From assembly GCA_023261845.1 (NCBI GenBank), contig JALNJZ010000010.1, forward strand, positions 1 to 18,486: a stretch of 18,486 bases of DNA. The letters run 5' to 3'. A program made the translations under genes and the position numbers. Source of the DNA: Candidatus Terraquivivens tengchongensis (lineage in GTDB: Archaea; Thermoproteota; Nitrososphaeria_A; Caldarchaeales; Wolframiiraptoraceae). The notes beneath the pieces are model-generated. The model was not told the origin of the DNA, did no database searches, and worked only from the letters and a program-made list of their open reading frames with translations. Position 1 is the first letter of the stretch. Each line of letters starts with the position of its first letter. Below are positions 6,890 through 18,486 of the stretch, piece after piece.

Positions 6890-7855
6890 ATGAACGAAGA
6901 GGATTCTAGTTCTGGCGAGTTTCCCCTTGTCCCCCTTCTTTGCGATTCTAAACCATTCTCTATAGTCAGGTACTTCGAGCACGCTCTGTATGAGGTGGCT
7001 AACGTAATTCCTGTCTACCTTGACGTTCACGAGTGGTTCATAAAGAAGCTCTCGATACCGTCCTTGCTCTACAAGCTCCTGAACCTGAGGCTCTCAAGAG
7101 TAAAGCCCATACCAAGAGAGCCCGACACAGTCCTTATGGTGGAGCCTCCTATCAAACGCCCTTATGACCTCGGAAAATTCAGGAACTCAATCAAGGTATT
7201 CTACGCCTTGGACCCGCACACCTCGAACGCCATGCAGGCCTACAGGAAATGCGAGCTTTGGAATTATGACTTCGTCTTCGTAGGGCAGAAGGACTACATC
7301 TGGATGTTCAAGGAGATGGGCTGCGACAAAGTCTTTTGGCTGCCTTACGCATACGATCCTAGGATATTCAGAGAAATACCAGGACTCCAAATGGTATACG
7401 ACGTTACTTTCTTGGGCTATATGAACGAGGAGAGGAGACACATGCTGGATGCTTTAAAGAAGAGGTTTAAGATGTTCACTACGGACAGCGGAAAGTTTGC
7501 GTTTATGCATGATGCATCCTCAGTATATTCAAAGTCAAAGATCGTGTTGCAGATCTCCAACAACAAGACGCTCGGATCCAGAATATTCGAGGCGATGGGC
7601 TGCAGGAGGATGGTGCTGGCAGATAGGATAAAGAACGGTTTAGAGGATATATTTAAAGAGGGTACCCACATAGCGCTGTACTCTGATCTGGACGAACTCA
7701 TAGAATTAATAAAATATTACTTGGAGGACGAAGGTAGAAGGGAACTCTTGGCCAACAACGGTTACAGGCTTGTGAGAACCTCGCACACCTACAAGCATAG
7801 GGTCATCACGATGATGGAGAGTCTCGGCATAAAGCTGCCGCAAAGTTTTACATGA
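6890..7855 (+). CDS. GT-B glycosyltransferase, CgeB / Glyco_trans_1_2-like
   Basis: WLPYAYDP, YDVTFLG, YSKSKIVL, RIFEAMGC and HTYKHRV motifs. ATG 6890 is preferred over the track start 6776 because a TATA-like TTTTTAATA lies about 25-30 nt upstream. Confidence 0.85.
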   Translation: MNEEDSSSGEFPLVPLLCDSKPFSIVRYFEHALYEVANVIPVYLDVHEWFIKKLSIPSLLYKLLNLRLSRVKPIPREPDTVLMVEPPIKRPYDLGKFRNSIKVFYALDPHTSNAMQAYRKCELWNYDFVFVGQKDYIWMFKEMGCDKVFWLPYAYDPRIFREIPGLQMVYDVTFLGYMNEERRHMLDALKKRFKMFTTDSGKFAFMHDASSVYSKSKIVLQISNNKTLGSRIFEAMGCRRMVLADRIKNGLEDIFKEGTHIALYSDLDELIELIKYYLEDEGRRELLANNGYRLVRTSHTYKHRVITMMESLGIKLPQSFT

Positions 7856-7904
7856 ATTTTACACAAGGAACGGTTGCCGGTTAAAATATCTTGTCGCTAG
7901 CTGC

Positions 7905-7922
7905 TGAAAAGCCTTATTAATA
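7905..7922 (+). promoter_or_regulatory. Putative BRE/TATA promoter of the 23S rRNA gene
   Basis: GAAAAG followed by CCTTATTAATA, about 100 nt upstream of the processing stem. Confidence 0.6.
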
Positions 7923-8017
7923 ACTCTCGAGAATCAAGTAATTGCTGAAGTGTTGTATGAGAGCTTCCGGTCTCTTGACCGGTTGCTCGATGCGGGAGTA
8001 AGTTAAGCTTACTATGA

Positions 8018-8064
8018 CCGCGCTCAGAGGCTTGGAGACGTCGCTAGCTGGGCGGCGTGGAACA
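8018..8064 (+). other. 5' arm of the pre-23S processing stem (bulge-helix-bulge)
   Basis: GGAGACG-TCGC-[TAG]-CTGGGCGGCGTGG pairs with 11138-11164. CCGCGCTCAGAGGC (8018-8031) pairs with 11166-11179. Confidence 0.88.
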
Positions 8065-11133
<3,069 letters not shown>

Positions 11134-11179
11134 AAAGCCATGCCGTCCAGGCGAAAATGTCTCCTGCCTTTGGGCGCGG
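11134..11179 (+). other. 3' arm of the pre-23S processing stem (bulge-helix-bulge)
   Basis: CCATGCCGTCCAG-GCGA-[AAA]-TGTCTCC. The 4-bp central helix TCGC/GCGA is flanked by 3-nt bulges on opposite strands. Confidence 0.88.
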
Positions 11180-11250
11180 ATTACAAAATATATGTAGACT
11201 ATGCGTTCACTTCTGCGCCAGAATTCCACTTTTAACTTGTTTAGGAGAAA

Positions 11251-11404
11251 TCAGCAGGGTATTCTCTCAAAAAATTCTCTGATTTTATTGGCTAAAGATT
11301 TACCTCATTTCGACGATTTGTCGCATGCTTTCTTCTGTTGGTGGATCATTAACCTCCAACGTGCCTATTTTCACATTCGTACCTCCTAAAAGTTTGGCTG
11401 CTAT
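11251..11404 (-). pseudogene. Possible C-terminal remnant of a flavodoxin/FprA-type flavoprotein
   Basis: With one extra base removed near 11305 it reads IAAKLLGGTNVKIGTLEVNDPPTEESMRQIVEM-GKSLANKIREFF, resembling the last strand and helix of flavodoxin domains. Confidence 0.4.
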
Positions 11405-11416
11405 GGATGGTTATGC

Positions 11417-12223
11417 CTACCAAAGTTCGATCAGTGCCCTAATTTTTCCGAACACCTTTTCTATCTCTGATGTGAAGTTGCTGAACGGGTGGATGACCAG
11501 TGTGGCATATTGCCTTCTAAAGCACTTTAGGACGTGGATGCAGTCATTCGTTAACGAGAGTACGTATTCATCAATCGCATGCTTTGTGAAGTTACCATCA
11601 AAATTGTTGAGGCCCAGCCTTCTAGCGATATAAGACTTGGCCGCCTCATTCAGTCCGTCAACGATGACGGGCGTGTAGATTGCCGCGAACCTTTCATTTG
11701 AGAGCGAAAAGTATTCTTTAAGTTTACTCCTCTTGTACACGTAAAATAACGTCGCATTAAAAAGCTCAGCTATACGGGCCGAAGCTTTCTCGATTTTTTC
11801 ACAACCCAAGTACATAACACCGTCGTATGCTCGCCTGATGGTCTTGGCATGTTCTTCCATCAACTTTATGGAATTCTTGCATACTTCATGCGGAGACAGA
11901 TATGCAGGGTTTCCCGGTACAAGGCAGGGTTGTATATTGTCATAACTTTGGGCCATATCGATAAAGTCTTTAACCCTTCTCTCCACATCGGAGCGCCTAA
12001 CAGATATCGTGACCACTAATGTAACGTCACGTTGTCCCTCAAGCAGGATAGAAAGGTCAGGAAAATTTGGGTCCGTGTTGGACCACTCGGCATCGATAAA
12101 ATGCTCTCTAATACCGATTGAGCTGAGCAATTTGTTTATTTCATACAACAAAGCTAAAGCCCTGTCGGCACGGGATGATAATTGTGAGGGCTTAGTAGCT
12201 TTTGCCAGTCGGAAGTCCCTCAC
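11417..12223 (-). CDS. Hypothetical protein (alpha/beta, possibly a distant TIM barrel)
   Basis: 268-aa ORF with normal composition. No motif confidently recognised and the start is uncertain. Confidence 0.7.
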   Translation of the reverse strand: MRDFRLAKATKPSQLSSRADRALALLYEINKLLSSIGIREHFIDAEWSNTDPNFPDLSILLEGQRDVTLVVTISVRRSDVERRVKDFIDMAQSYDNIQPCLVPGNPAYLSPHEVCKNSIKLMEEHAKTIRRAYDGVMYLGCEKIEKASARIAELFNATLFYVYKRSKLKEYFSLSNERFAAIYTPVIVDGLNEAAKSYIARRLGLNNFDGNFTKHAIDEYVLSLTNDCIHVLKCFRRQYATLVIHPFSNFTSEIEKVFGKIRALIELW

Positions 12224-12330
12224 CTATTCGGAACCAATTCACCTCTCACCGCTAGGTTTTATTCTAGAGGTTTTTATTGCTGATATAAAAAATTTAAACT
12301 GAAAAAATATTGGTGTGTAGGTAATTTAAC

Positions 12331-12780
12331 TTACTTCAAACCTAGGAGCTTCTTCAGTTCTGTTATGTGTTCCTGCTCATCCATTATGACGTGCCTAACC
12401 TCGTGCTCCAGTTTAAAGTACTCATACGGCAAGTTTTCCTTTTCTTGCACTATCTTCTTGAGAATTTCAGTATAAAAATCTACCGCATGCTTCTCGTCTT
12501 TTAAGTTCACTTCTAAGATTTCTTGTATGGTCTTAGCGGTTTTTGTCTCAGCTATTCCTGTGGAAGGCACGCCGCCCAGATAATCGCCTATAAGCGTCCT
12601 GAACATTTCCTGATGCTTTGCCTCGTCACTGGCTATCTCTTTCAACCTCTCTATTATGGGCTCGCTGTTTAAACCGTCTACGATCTCCGCATGGCTTAGG
12701 TACTGCACATATGCAGCATGTTCTAACTCGAGAGCTTTGTTAAGCAATTTTATTAGTTCTTCTTTCGCTTTAGATGACAT
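12331..12780 (-). CDS. Ferritin-like (bacterioferritin/rubrerythrin-fold) diiron protein
   Basis: Paired diiron motifs LELEHAAYVQY...DEAKH and DEKHAVDFY...DEQEH. Confidence 0.9.
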   Translation of the reverse strand: MSSKAKEELIKLLNKALELEHAAYVQYLSHAEIVDGLNSEPIIERLKEIASDEAKHQEMFRTLIGDYLGGVPSTGIAETKTAKTIQEILEVNLKDEKHAVDFYTEILKKIVQEKENLPYEYFKLEHEVRHVIMDEQEHITELKKLLGLK

Positions 12781-12896
12781 GTTTAATAAATGTAAACTAA
12801 GAAGTATTTAATTCTTTTGGAAAATTTAATGCATGTTTTACCAATATTTAAAATAGCAAAACCAATCAGGATGTTTGAGAAGGGCCGGGTCGTTGC

Positions 12897-14441
12897 ATGT
12901 TCGAAGTTATAGCCAAAGACCTCCTCGGAAGGATAGGTAGGATAGAGACAAAATCTGGAAGGTTTGAGACCCCAGCATTCCTACCCGTAATAAACCCCGT
13001 GAGTCAGGTAATCCCTGCAAGCTATATCTCTGAGAGGTTCGGGTGCAAGGCTGTAATAACGAACGCCTACATAATTTACAGGAGGTTAAGGAAAGAAGGC
13101 ATAGAGAAAGGTGTACACAACGTCATATCATTCAACGGCGTAGTTATGACGGACTCTGGCGGATACCAGATGCTCGAGTATGGTGACGTAGCTGTCACAC
13201 CTAAGGAAATCGCGTCGTTCCAAGAAGCAATAGGTAGCGACATGGCCGTACCGCTCGATGTACCGACAGGACTCGTAAGTTATGAGAAAGCTAAGGAGAG
13301 CGTGGAGAAGACTTTGGCAAATGTTACAGAGACACTCGAGATGTTGAACGAGGGTAAGCGGGCTTTATGGGCGGCACCGATACAGGGCGGTGCGCACCTC
13401 CAGCTGCTAGAGTACTGTGCATCAAAGTTGGTAGGAATGCCCTTTGATTTCTTCGCCCTTGGAAGTCCCACGCCGCTCATGGAGGGCTATATGTTCACCA
13501 AGCTTTTTAAGATGATAGCGGCTGTTAAACGTATCATCCCATCAGAAAAACCACTTCATCTATTCGGTGCTGGTCATCCTATGCTCATGCCGTTTGCTGT
13601 GGCGATGGGCTGCGACACTTTTGACTCTGCAAGTTACTACCTGTATGCAAAAGAGGGAAGGTACATGAGCTACTCGGGAACGCTGAGGCTCTCGATGCTG
13701 GATTACTTCCCGTGCGAGTGCGAGGTCTGCTCAAAGTACTCTCCAGAAGAGCTAAGGTCGTTGCCGGACGACGAAAGGGTTAAGCTTCTATCCCTTCATA
13801 ATCTGAGCGTTTGCTTCCGCGAAGTTATGGAGATAAAGCAAGCGATTAAGGACGGAAGGTTAATGGAGCTCCTCGAGATAAGGGCCAGGTCTCATCCTAG
13901 ACTCTACGCAGCTTTTAGGGCGATGCTTTCTGACAAAAAACTCATAGAGTTGATGGAACTCCATACACCTATATCGAAGCGGAGGGGCATGAACCTCTTC
14001 GACAAGCTCAGCCTGCTGAGACCAGAAGTCAGCAGGACTAGAGGCAGGTTGATGGCATACGTACCAGCTAAGAAGTCTGACACGATAGTTTTGATATCCC
14101 AAATAGGAGGAAAGCACAGGAGTGTGGGGGCCGCTGAACGCATGGTTAAGGAGAAGCTCCCCGAGGTCGCTGGAAAAGCCTCTTACGGTTTCTTTTTAAA
14201 CCCATACGGCGTCGTCCCTGCAGAGCTCAAGTTTGTCTACCCATTCTCACAAACGAACTTTAGCATCTCCTTGCTGATGGATGCTAAAGAAAACATAGCC
14301 GACGTTACCGTAAATTACATAGTAGGGCACGGTTATGCGCACGTTGTTATACTGAATACTCAGAATCCATCGTTGAAAGAATTCGCAATGCTCGTCAAAT
14401 CTAAGCTGGAAGAAAAAGGAATAAAGGTGAGTGTACTCTAA
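12897..14441 (+). CDS. tgtA: Archaeosine tRNA-guanine(15) transglycosylase (arcTGT), short form without an evident PUA domain
   Basis: ETPAFLPVINP, MTDSGGYQ, PIQGG, HLFGAGHP, DTFDSASY, Zn site CECEVC...HN, RARSHP. Confidence 0.95.
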   Translation: MFEVIAKDLLGRIGRIETKSGRFETPAFLPVINPVSQVIPASYISERFGCKAVITNAYIIYRRLRKEGIEKGVHNVISFNGVVMTDSGGYQMLEYGDVAVTPKEIASFQEAIGSDMAVPLDVPTGLVSYEKAKESVEKTLANVTETLEMLNEGKRALWAAPIQGGAHLQLLEYCASKLVGMPFDFFALGSPTPLMEGYMFTKLFKMIAAVKRIIPSEKPLHLFGAGHPMLMPFAVAMGCDTFDSASYYLYAKEGRYMSYSGTLRLSMLDYFPCECEVCSKYSPEELRSLPDDERVKLLSLHNLSVCFREVMEIKQAIKDGRLMELLEIRARSHPRLYAAFRAMLSDKKLIELMELHTPISKRRGMNLFDKLSLLRPEVSRTRGRLMAYVPAKKSDTIVLISQIGGKHRSVGAAERMVKEKLPEVAGKASYGFFLNPYGVVPAELKFVYPFSQTNFSISLLMDAKENIADVTVNYIVGHGYAHVVILNTQNPSLKEFAMLVKSKLEEKGIKVSVL

Positions 14442-14978
14442 TTAGCGTTGTTCTATCATACGGCTGATAGGGTTTCCGTACGTATTGTAATATGCGATTT
14501 CCTCGAGCGCTTTTCGCTTTTTCTTACCCTTTCTTGCGGGCTTTACTGGATAACCAAACGGTGCTACGGTTATTAGCTTCCATTCCTTTGGAACATTGAG
14601 TATTTGTTTAACTTTTTCCTCATCAAAGTTCGTTATCCAACAGGAGCCAACACCGAGAGACCATGCAACCAGCATCATGTCCTCCATAGCCCTGGCACCG
14701 TCAACCTCAGGGAGCTTTGCATTCTCCATAAACAGCGCAATGGCAAACGCAGCATTTGCTATGTGAGCCCCTGTCGGAGTCGTTTTACTCAACAAAGATA
14801 GCCTGTCCTTATCATCGACGACTATAAAGCGCCACGGTTGTGTGTTCTTGGAGCTGTGTGCGAGACGTCCCGCCTCCAGAATCTTGATTATTATGTCCTT
14901 AGGAACCTTATCCGGTCTAAACTCTCTTACGGCCAGGTTTGTCCTTATAGCCTCCATAACCTCCATGGTTTCAACCAA
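14442..14978 (-). CDS. Nitroreductase-family flavoprotein
   Basis: AVREF, AGRLAHSSKNTQPWRFIVV, AWSLGVGSCW, PFGYP. Confidence 0.92.
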   Translation of the reverse strand: MVETMEVMEAIRTNLAVREFRPDKVPKDIIIKILEAGRLAHSSKNTQPWRFIVVDDKDRLSLLSKTTPTGAHIANAAFAIALFMENAKLPEVDGARAMEDMMLVAWSLGVGSCWITNFDEEKVKQILNVPKEWKLITVAPFGYPVKPARKGKKKRKALEEIAYYNTYGNPISRMIEQR

Positions 14979-15109
14979 AGATGCTGTGCATTGTCTTGGA
15001 TTTAAAGACTAACTTCTCGGAAACATTTATGAATCACGTTAGAATGAAGATGTTAGGAAGATAAGGTTGCCCATATGTTGTATGGACTCTCTGAGGAACG
15101 GTGTCGATT

Positions 15110-16363
15110 ATGGAGATAACTTTTCTGGGCTCTGTAGGCGAAGTAGGAAAGTCAGCGATACTCGTAAAGACTGACAGAGCACGGATTCTACTAGACTACG
15201 GCATTAAGCCAAACGACGAGCCAGAGTTCCCCGCTCACATAGCGCCCAAGGACCTAGACGCTGTTATAATCACTCACGCCCATCTGGACCATTCCGGAGC
15301 CGCACCGCTACTTTACATGGATGAAGGACCGAAGCTATACTCCACGAGCATGTCCCTTGAAACATGTGAGATACTCCTAGAGGACTTTCTCAGGCTGTCC
15401 GGTTACTACGTCCCGTACGAATATCTGGAGGTGGAATACATGCTTGGGAGGGCAAGGAGGGTTTACTACAGGGAGCCGGTAAGGATCAAAGACGTCGAAA
15501 TAGAGTTACTGGATGCCGGTCACATACCGGGAAGCGCTCAAGTCGTGGTAAATGCCGACAAGCGCCTCCTCTTCACAGGCGATATTAACCCCATAAAAAC
15601 TAGACTGCTGAACGGTGCTGACATCAGCCAGACCGATGTGGACGCCGTCATAACGGAGTCCACGTATGCTAGAGAGGCTCATCACGACAGGCAGGAACTT
15701 GAAAAACGATTCATCGAAGAATGCAACAGAGTGGTTGAAGATGGTGGCATAGTTTTAGTGCCTGCATTTTCGGTAGGCCGTTCACAAGAAATCTTATGCA
15801 TCTTGGTAGCTCGAAACTTTAAACATATGATTTCGACGGACGGTATGGCGGTCAAGCTACTGGACCTGTATCTAAGAGGCAGAGAATTCATAGCAAATTA
15901 TGATCTTCTCGAAAAAGTTAGAAAAAGAGTCAACATCGTCAGCGGCAAAAGGGAAAGGAAAAGGGTTCTTGAGCAACCTGGAGTCATAGTCTGTCCAGCT
16001 GGCATGCTCAAGGGCGGGCCCGCAGCCTATTACGCTCAACACATAGCTAACGACGAATCCTCAGCAATATTCTTGGTTAGCTATCAAATACCAGGAACGC
16101 CGGGGGCTTTGCTGGTTTCCGAGAAGAAATTGATAAGCAACGGTAAGGAAATGTCCGTTAAGGCTAGGGTTGAGCACTTCTTGTTCTCAAGCCATGCTGG
16201 TCAAAAGGAACTTCAGGCTTTACTAAAGTCTTTTAATCCTGGAACAAAAATCTTCACAGTTCATGGCGATGGAGATAGTTGTGAGGTTCTTGCCAATTGG
16301 GCTAGAGAGGAGTGTTCGTTAGATGCTATTGCACCATCGTTGGGGATGACCTACGAAGTCTAG
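15110..16363 (+). CDS. Metallo-beta-lactamase beta-CASP ribonuclease (aCPSF2-like, no KH domains)
   Basis: FLGSVGEVGKS, THAHLDHSG, AGHIPGS, TGD, ESTY, FSVGRSQE, SSHA, VHG. About 417 aa from ATG 15110 (the track start is GTG 15101). Confidence 0.9.
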   Translation: MEITFLGSVGEVGKSAILVKTDRARILLDYGIKPNDEPEFPAHIAPKDLDAVIITHAHLDHSGAAPLLYMDEGPKLYSTSMSLETCEILLEDFLRLSGYYVPYEYLEVEYMLGRARRVYYREPVRIKDVEIELLDAGHIPGSAQVVVNADKRLLFTGDINPIKTRLLNGADISQTDVDAVITESTYAREAHHDRQELEKRFIEECNRVVEDGGIVLVPAFSVGRSQEILCILVARNFKHMISTDGMAVKLLDLYLRGREFIANYDLLEKVRKRVNIVSGKRERKRVLEQPGVIVCPAGMLKGGPAAYYAQHIANDESSAIFLVSYQIPGTPGALLVSEKKLISNGKEMSVKARVEHFLFSSHAGQKELQALLKSFNPGTKIFTVHGDGDSCEVLANWAREECSLDAIAPSLGMTYEV

Positions 16364-16388
16364 CTGGTCGCTGGCACTCATTAAGCTT

Positions 16389-17345
16389 TCATTCATGACA
16401 TCGATTGGATGGGAAAGTTGCAGATGAAGGTATGCGAAGTTTGGAAATCAATTTACAGTAGCTACATATAGAATTCTTTGAGGGCATGCCGCATCTCTCG
16501 CACTCTCTTAGAGCTGGCACCTCGAAGTGCTTTTCGAGAATCGGTAAGAAGCGTTTTAAATGGGTCTTGAACAAGAGATGTTTGAAGTTTGGAATCTCTT
16601 CCTCGACCTTCATCAGCAGCTTCTTCCTCTTCATCATCCTCGAGCCCTTTACCAACGGACATTTGTTATCTACGTACTCCATATGCGTGGATAAAACATA
16701 GTAAAGGTTTTCCTGCTCGGTTATCTCTATCAATGGTTTTATCTTCTTAACGATTTTTGGGTGCGTGCTGGGAAGAACGGGTTTATTTCTTACTAAATCA
16801 TCTAGGGCCCCGTTAATGTAGTGATTGAACAGGAGCTCAACCGTGTCGTCAAGATTGTGGCCTGTGGCTATAGCATCCAAATCATTCTCGAGCGCAATCT
16901 TGTTCAATAAGTGCCTCTTAACTACTCCGCAGATCCCACATATTCTCCGGCCGAGTTTCAACGTTACAAAATCTTTAAGCGAATACCCCTCGGCATTTCT
17001 TAGGTCGTACACTATACACTCTATGGAATTCTTCTGGCAAAACCTCTGAACCAACGTCTGGCATGTATCGGAATATCCAGGTATCCCAAGGTTCAGATGT
17101 ATTACCACGAAATTGATGCTTGGAAAAATGTTCAAAAGAGACTTGAGCAAAGCCATGCTGTCTTTTCCTCCGGAAACGGCAACTCCTAAATTTTTGACAC
17201 CACTGAGCATCCTGTACTTCAGTACTGTCTTCTTAACCTTCTTCTCGTAGTATTCAATAAAGCAAGAGTGACAGAGACTTTTCTTTATAATATCCAACCG
17301 GTAAAGCGGCTCCGCCTCAGCCTTACATTTGCTACATCTGAGCAT
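16389..17345 (-). CDS. ttuA: TtuA/Ncs6-family PP-loop tRNA 2-thiolation protein
   Basis: N-terminal Zn finger CSKC...CHSC, SGGKDS, CGIC, ATGHNLDD, CP, and C-terminal CERC...CSYC. ATG 17345 (MLRCSKC) is preferred over the track start 17408. Confidence 0.85.
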   Translation of the reverse strand: MLRCSKCKAEAEPLYRLDIIKKSLCHSCFIEYYEKKVKKTVLKYRMLSGVKNLGVAVSGGKDSMALLKSLLNIFPSINFVVIHLNLGIPGYSDTCQTLVQRFCQKNSIECIVYDLRNAEGYSLKDFVTLKLGRRICGICGVVKRHLLNKIALENDLDAIATGHNLDDTVELLFNHYINGALDDLVRNKPVLPSTHPKIVKKIKPLIEITEQENLYYVLSTHMEYVDNKCPLVKGSRMMKRKKLLMKVEEEIPNFKHLLFKTHLKRFLPILEKHFEVPALRECERCGMPSKNSICSYCKLISKLRIPSSATFPSNRCHE

Positions 17346-17430
17346 TCCACAGTCAGCTAAGGAACAAAAATATTTGAACCTATTTCCGCCTTTGGAGATT
17401 TTACTCATAACATCGTTCCACCAGGCGGGA

Positions 17431-18486
17431 CTACTCTAGGATTTTATAAGATAGGAGTTCTTGGTATTCCGGGTTTACTTTTCCGTATTTGTCTCTAATA
17501 GTTCTACCAACTTTGTACCATTCGTGGATTATTTTTAGCCATAGCTCGCTACTCATTAACTGTTTTGTCACGTATTCTTTTAATTGTTTTTCCCGTCTGA
17601 TTGCTCTTTGACGATGGTCAAAGCTTATGAGACCTACGTTTTTCAAGTATTGGATTATACGGCCTACTTGGTAGCGGTCGAATGGATGCTCTATACTTCT
17701 TTCCAAGTCTTCTAGGAGGGTGTCGACTGTTATTTCGTCTTCTGGGTGTAGGCAGATGATTGCTATGACGTTTTGGATGAGCTTTGTAGTCTTAGTGAGG
17801 TATATGCCAATCTTCTTAGGGGGGATAAGAATTTGTTCTAAACGGTAGCCATACTTTCTGTAAAACCAGCTTTTGATCATTTCGGCTACTGCTATATATG
17901 TTCCGAGGATTGCAATCAAGAATACGAAGAAGGCTGCTGGAGGTTTTACAAATCTGAAGATTGTTCCTAATGGTGTGTATGGAAGTATCAATGCGAATGT
18001 TATTATTGCTATATTACTAAGGAGCAATAATTGACTTGGTTTGCTTTTCCAGAAGGGCGTCTTATTTGTTCTAATGACAAAGATTACAAGAGTTTGCGAT
18101 GTTAAAGATTCGATGAACCAAGCTGTTTGGAACAGCGGTTCAGAGGCTTTAAAGATGAAAAGCATTATAAAGAATGTTAGGAAGTCGAAGAGAGAGCTGA
18201 CGGGCCCAAGGCACACCATGAACTGTCTAATGAATTGTATGTCCCATCTTTTGGGTTTTTCAACATATTCTTGGTCAACTTCGTCTGTAGGTATTGTTAA
18301 TTGTGAAAAGTCATAAAGTAAGTTATTGAGCAGTATTTGTATGGGTAGCATCGGTAAAAAAGGCAGAAACAGAGATGCTCCTGCTACACTGAACATATTT
18401 CCAAAGTTTGAGCTCACACCCATCATGATATACTTCATGGTGTTACCGAAGGTTTTCCTACCTTCTAAGACTCCATCATGAAGTAC
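17431..18486 (-). CDS. mgtA: Magnesium-translocating P-type ATPase (3' part, runs off the window) with a C-terminal extension
   Basis: The frame is open to the window edge (VLHDGVLEGRKTFGNTMKY). SSNFGNMFS, LPFLPMLPIQILLNNLLYD and FQTAWFIESL are P3B/MgtA signatures. Confidence 0.92.
   Translation of the reverse strand, partial: VLHDGVLEGRKTFGNTMKYIMMGVSSNFGNMFSVAGASLFLPFLPMLPIQILLNNLLYDFSQLTIPTDEVDQEYVEKPKRWDIQFIRQFMVCLGPVSSLFDFLTFFIMLFIFKASEPLFQTAWFIESLTSQTLVIFVIRTNKTPFWKSKPSQLLLLSNIAIITFALILPYTPLGTIFRFVKPPAAFFVFLIAILGTYIAVAEMIKSWFYRKYGYRLEQILIPPKKIGIYLTKTTKLIQNVIAIICLHPEDEITVDTLLEDLERSIEHPFDRYQVGRIIQYLKNVGLISFDHRQRAIRREKQLKEYVTKQLMSSELWLKIIHEWYKVGRTIRDKYGKVNPEYQELLSYKILE

Noticed and set aside
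7893-8050. 11-nt direct repeat GTCGCTAGCTG (7893-7903 and 8040-8050)
   Set aside because: The first copy lies upstream of the predicted promoter and would not be in the transcript. It is short enough to be chance.
15043-15094. Possible C/D box sRNA (ATGAAGA ... CTGA, about 52 nt)
   Set aside because: No convincing D'/C' boxes or guide complementarity, and the TATA-like element at about 15027 would start transcription downstream of the putative C box.
13280-18316. Short antisense ORFs within tgtA, nitroreductase, beta-CASP, ttuA and mgtA
   Set aside because: They are fully nested opposite well-supported genes and carry no recognisable motifs.

Overview
Archaeal chromosomal window, probably from a thermophilic TACK-group organism (archaeal 23S rRNA with a bulge-helix-bulge processing stem, archaeal RNase P RNA, PUA-less arcTGT, GC-rich structural RNAs). 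Bases 1-5163 are the visibly AT-rich right end of an element integrated at tRNA-Thr(UGU). It carries a frameshifted McrB-like GTPase, an McrC-like nuclease, a convergent HhH-GPD DNA glycosylase, a broken Xer-like recombinase and an RHH ORF that reads antisense through the tRNA, which looks like the Int(N) half of an SSV1/pTN3-type split integrase. To the right lie a RimI/Ard1-like acetyltransferase, a decayed VapBC region, RNase P RNA, a CgeB-like glycosyltransferase, a stand-alone 23S rRNA gene with its own promoter, a hypothetical protein, a ferritin-like protein, tgtA, a nitroreductase, a beta-CASP nuclease, a TtuA-like thiolase and the 3' end of an MgtA-like P-type ATPase with an unusual winged-helix-like C-terminal extension. 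All family calls come from motif recognition by eye; no searches were run.
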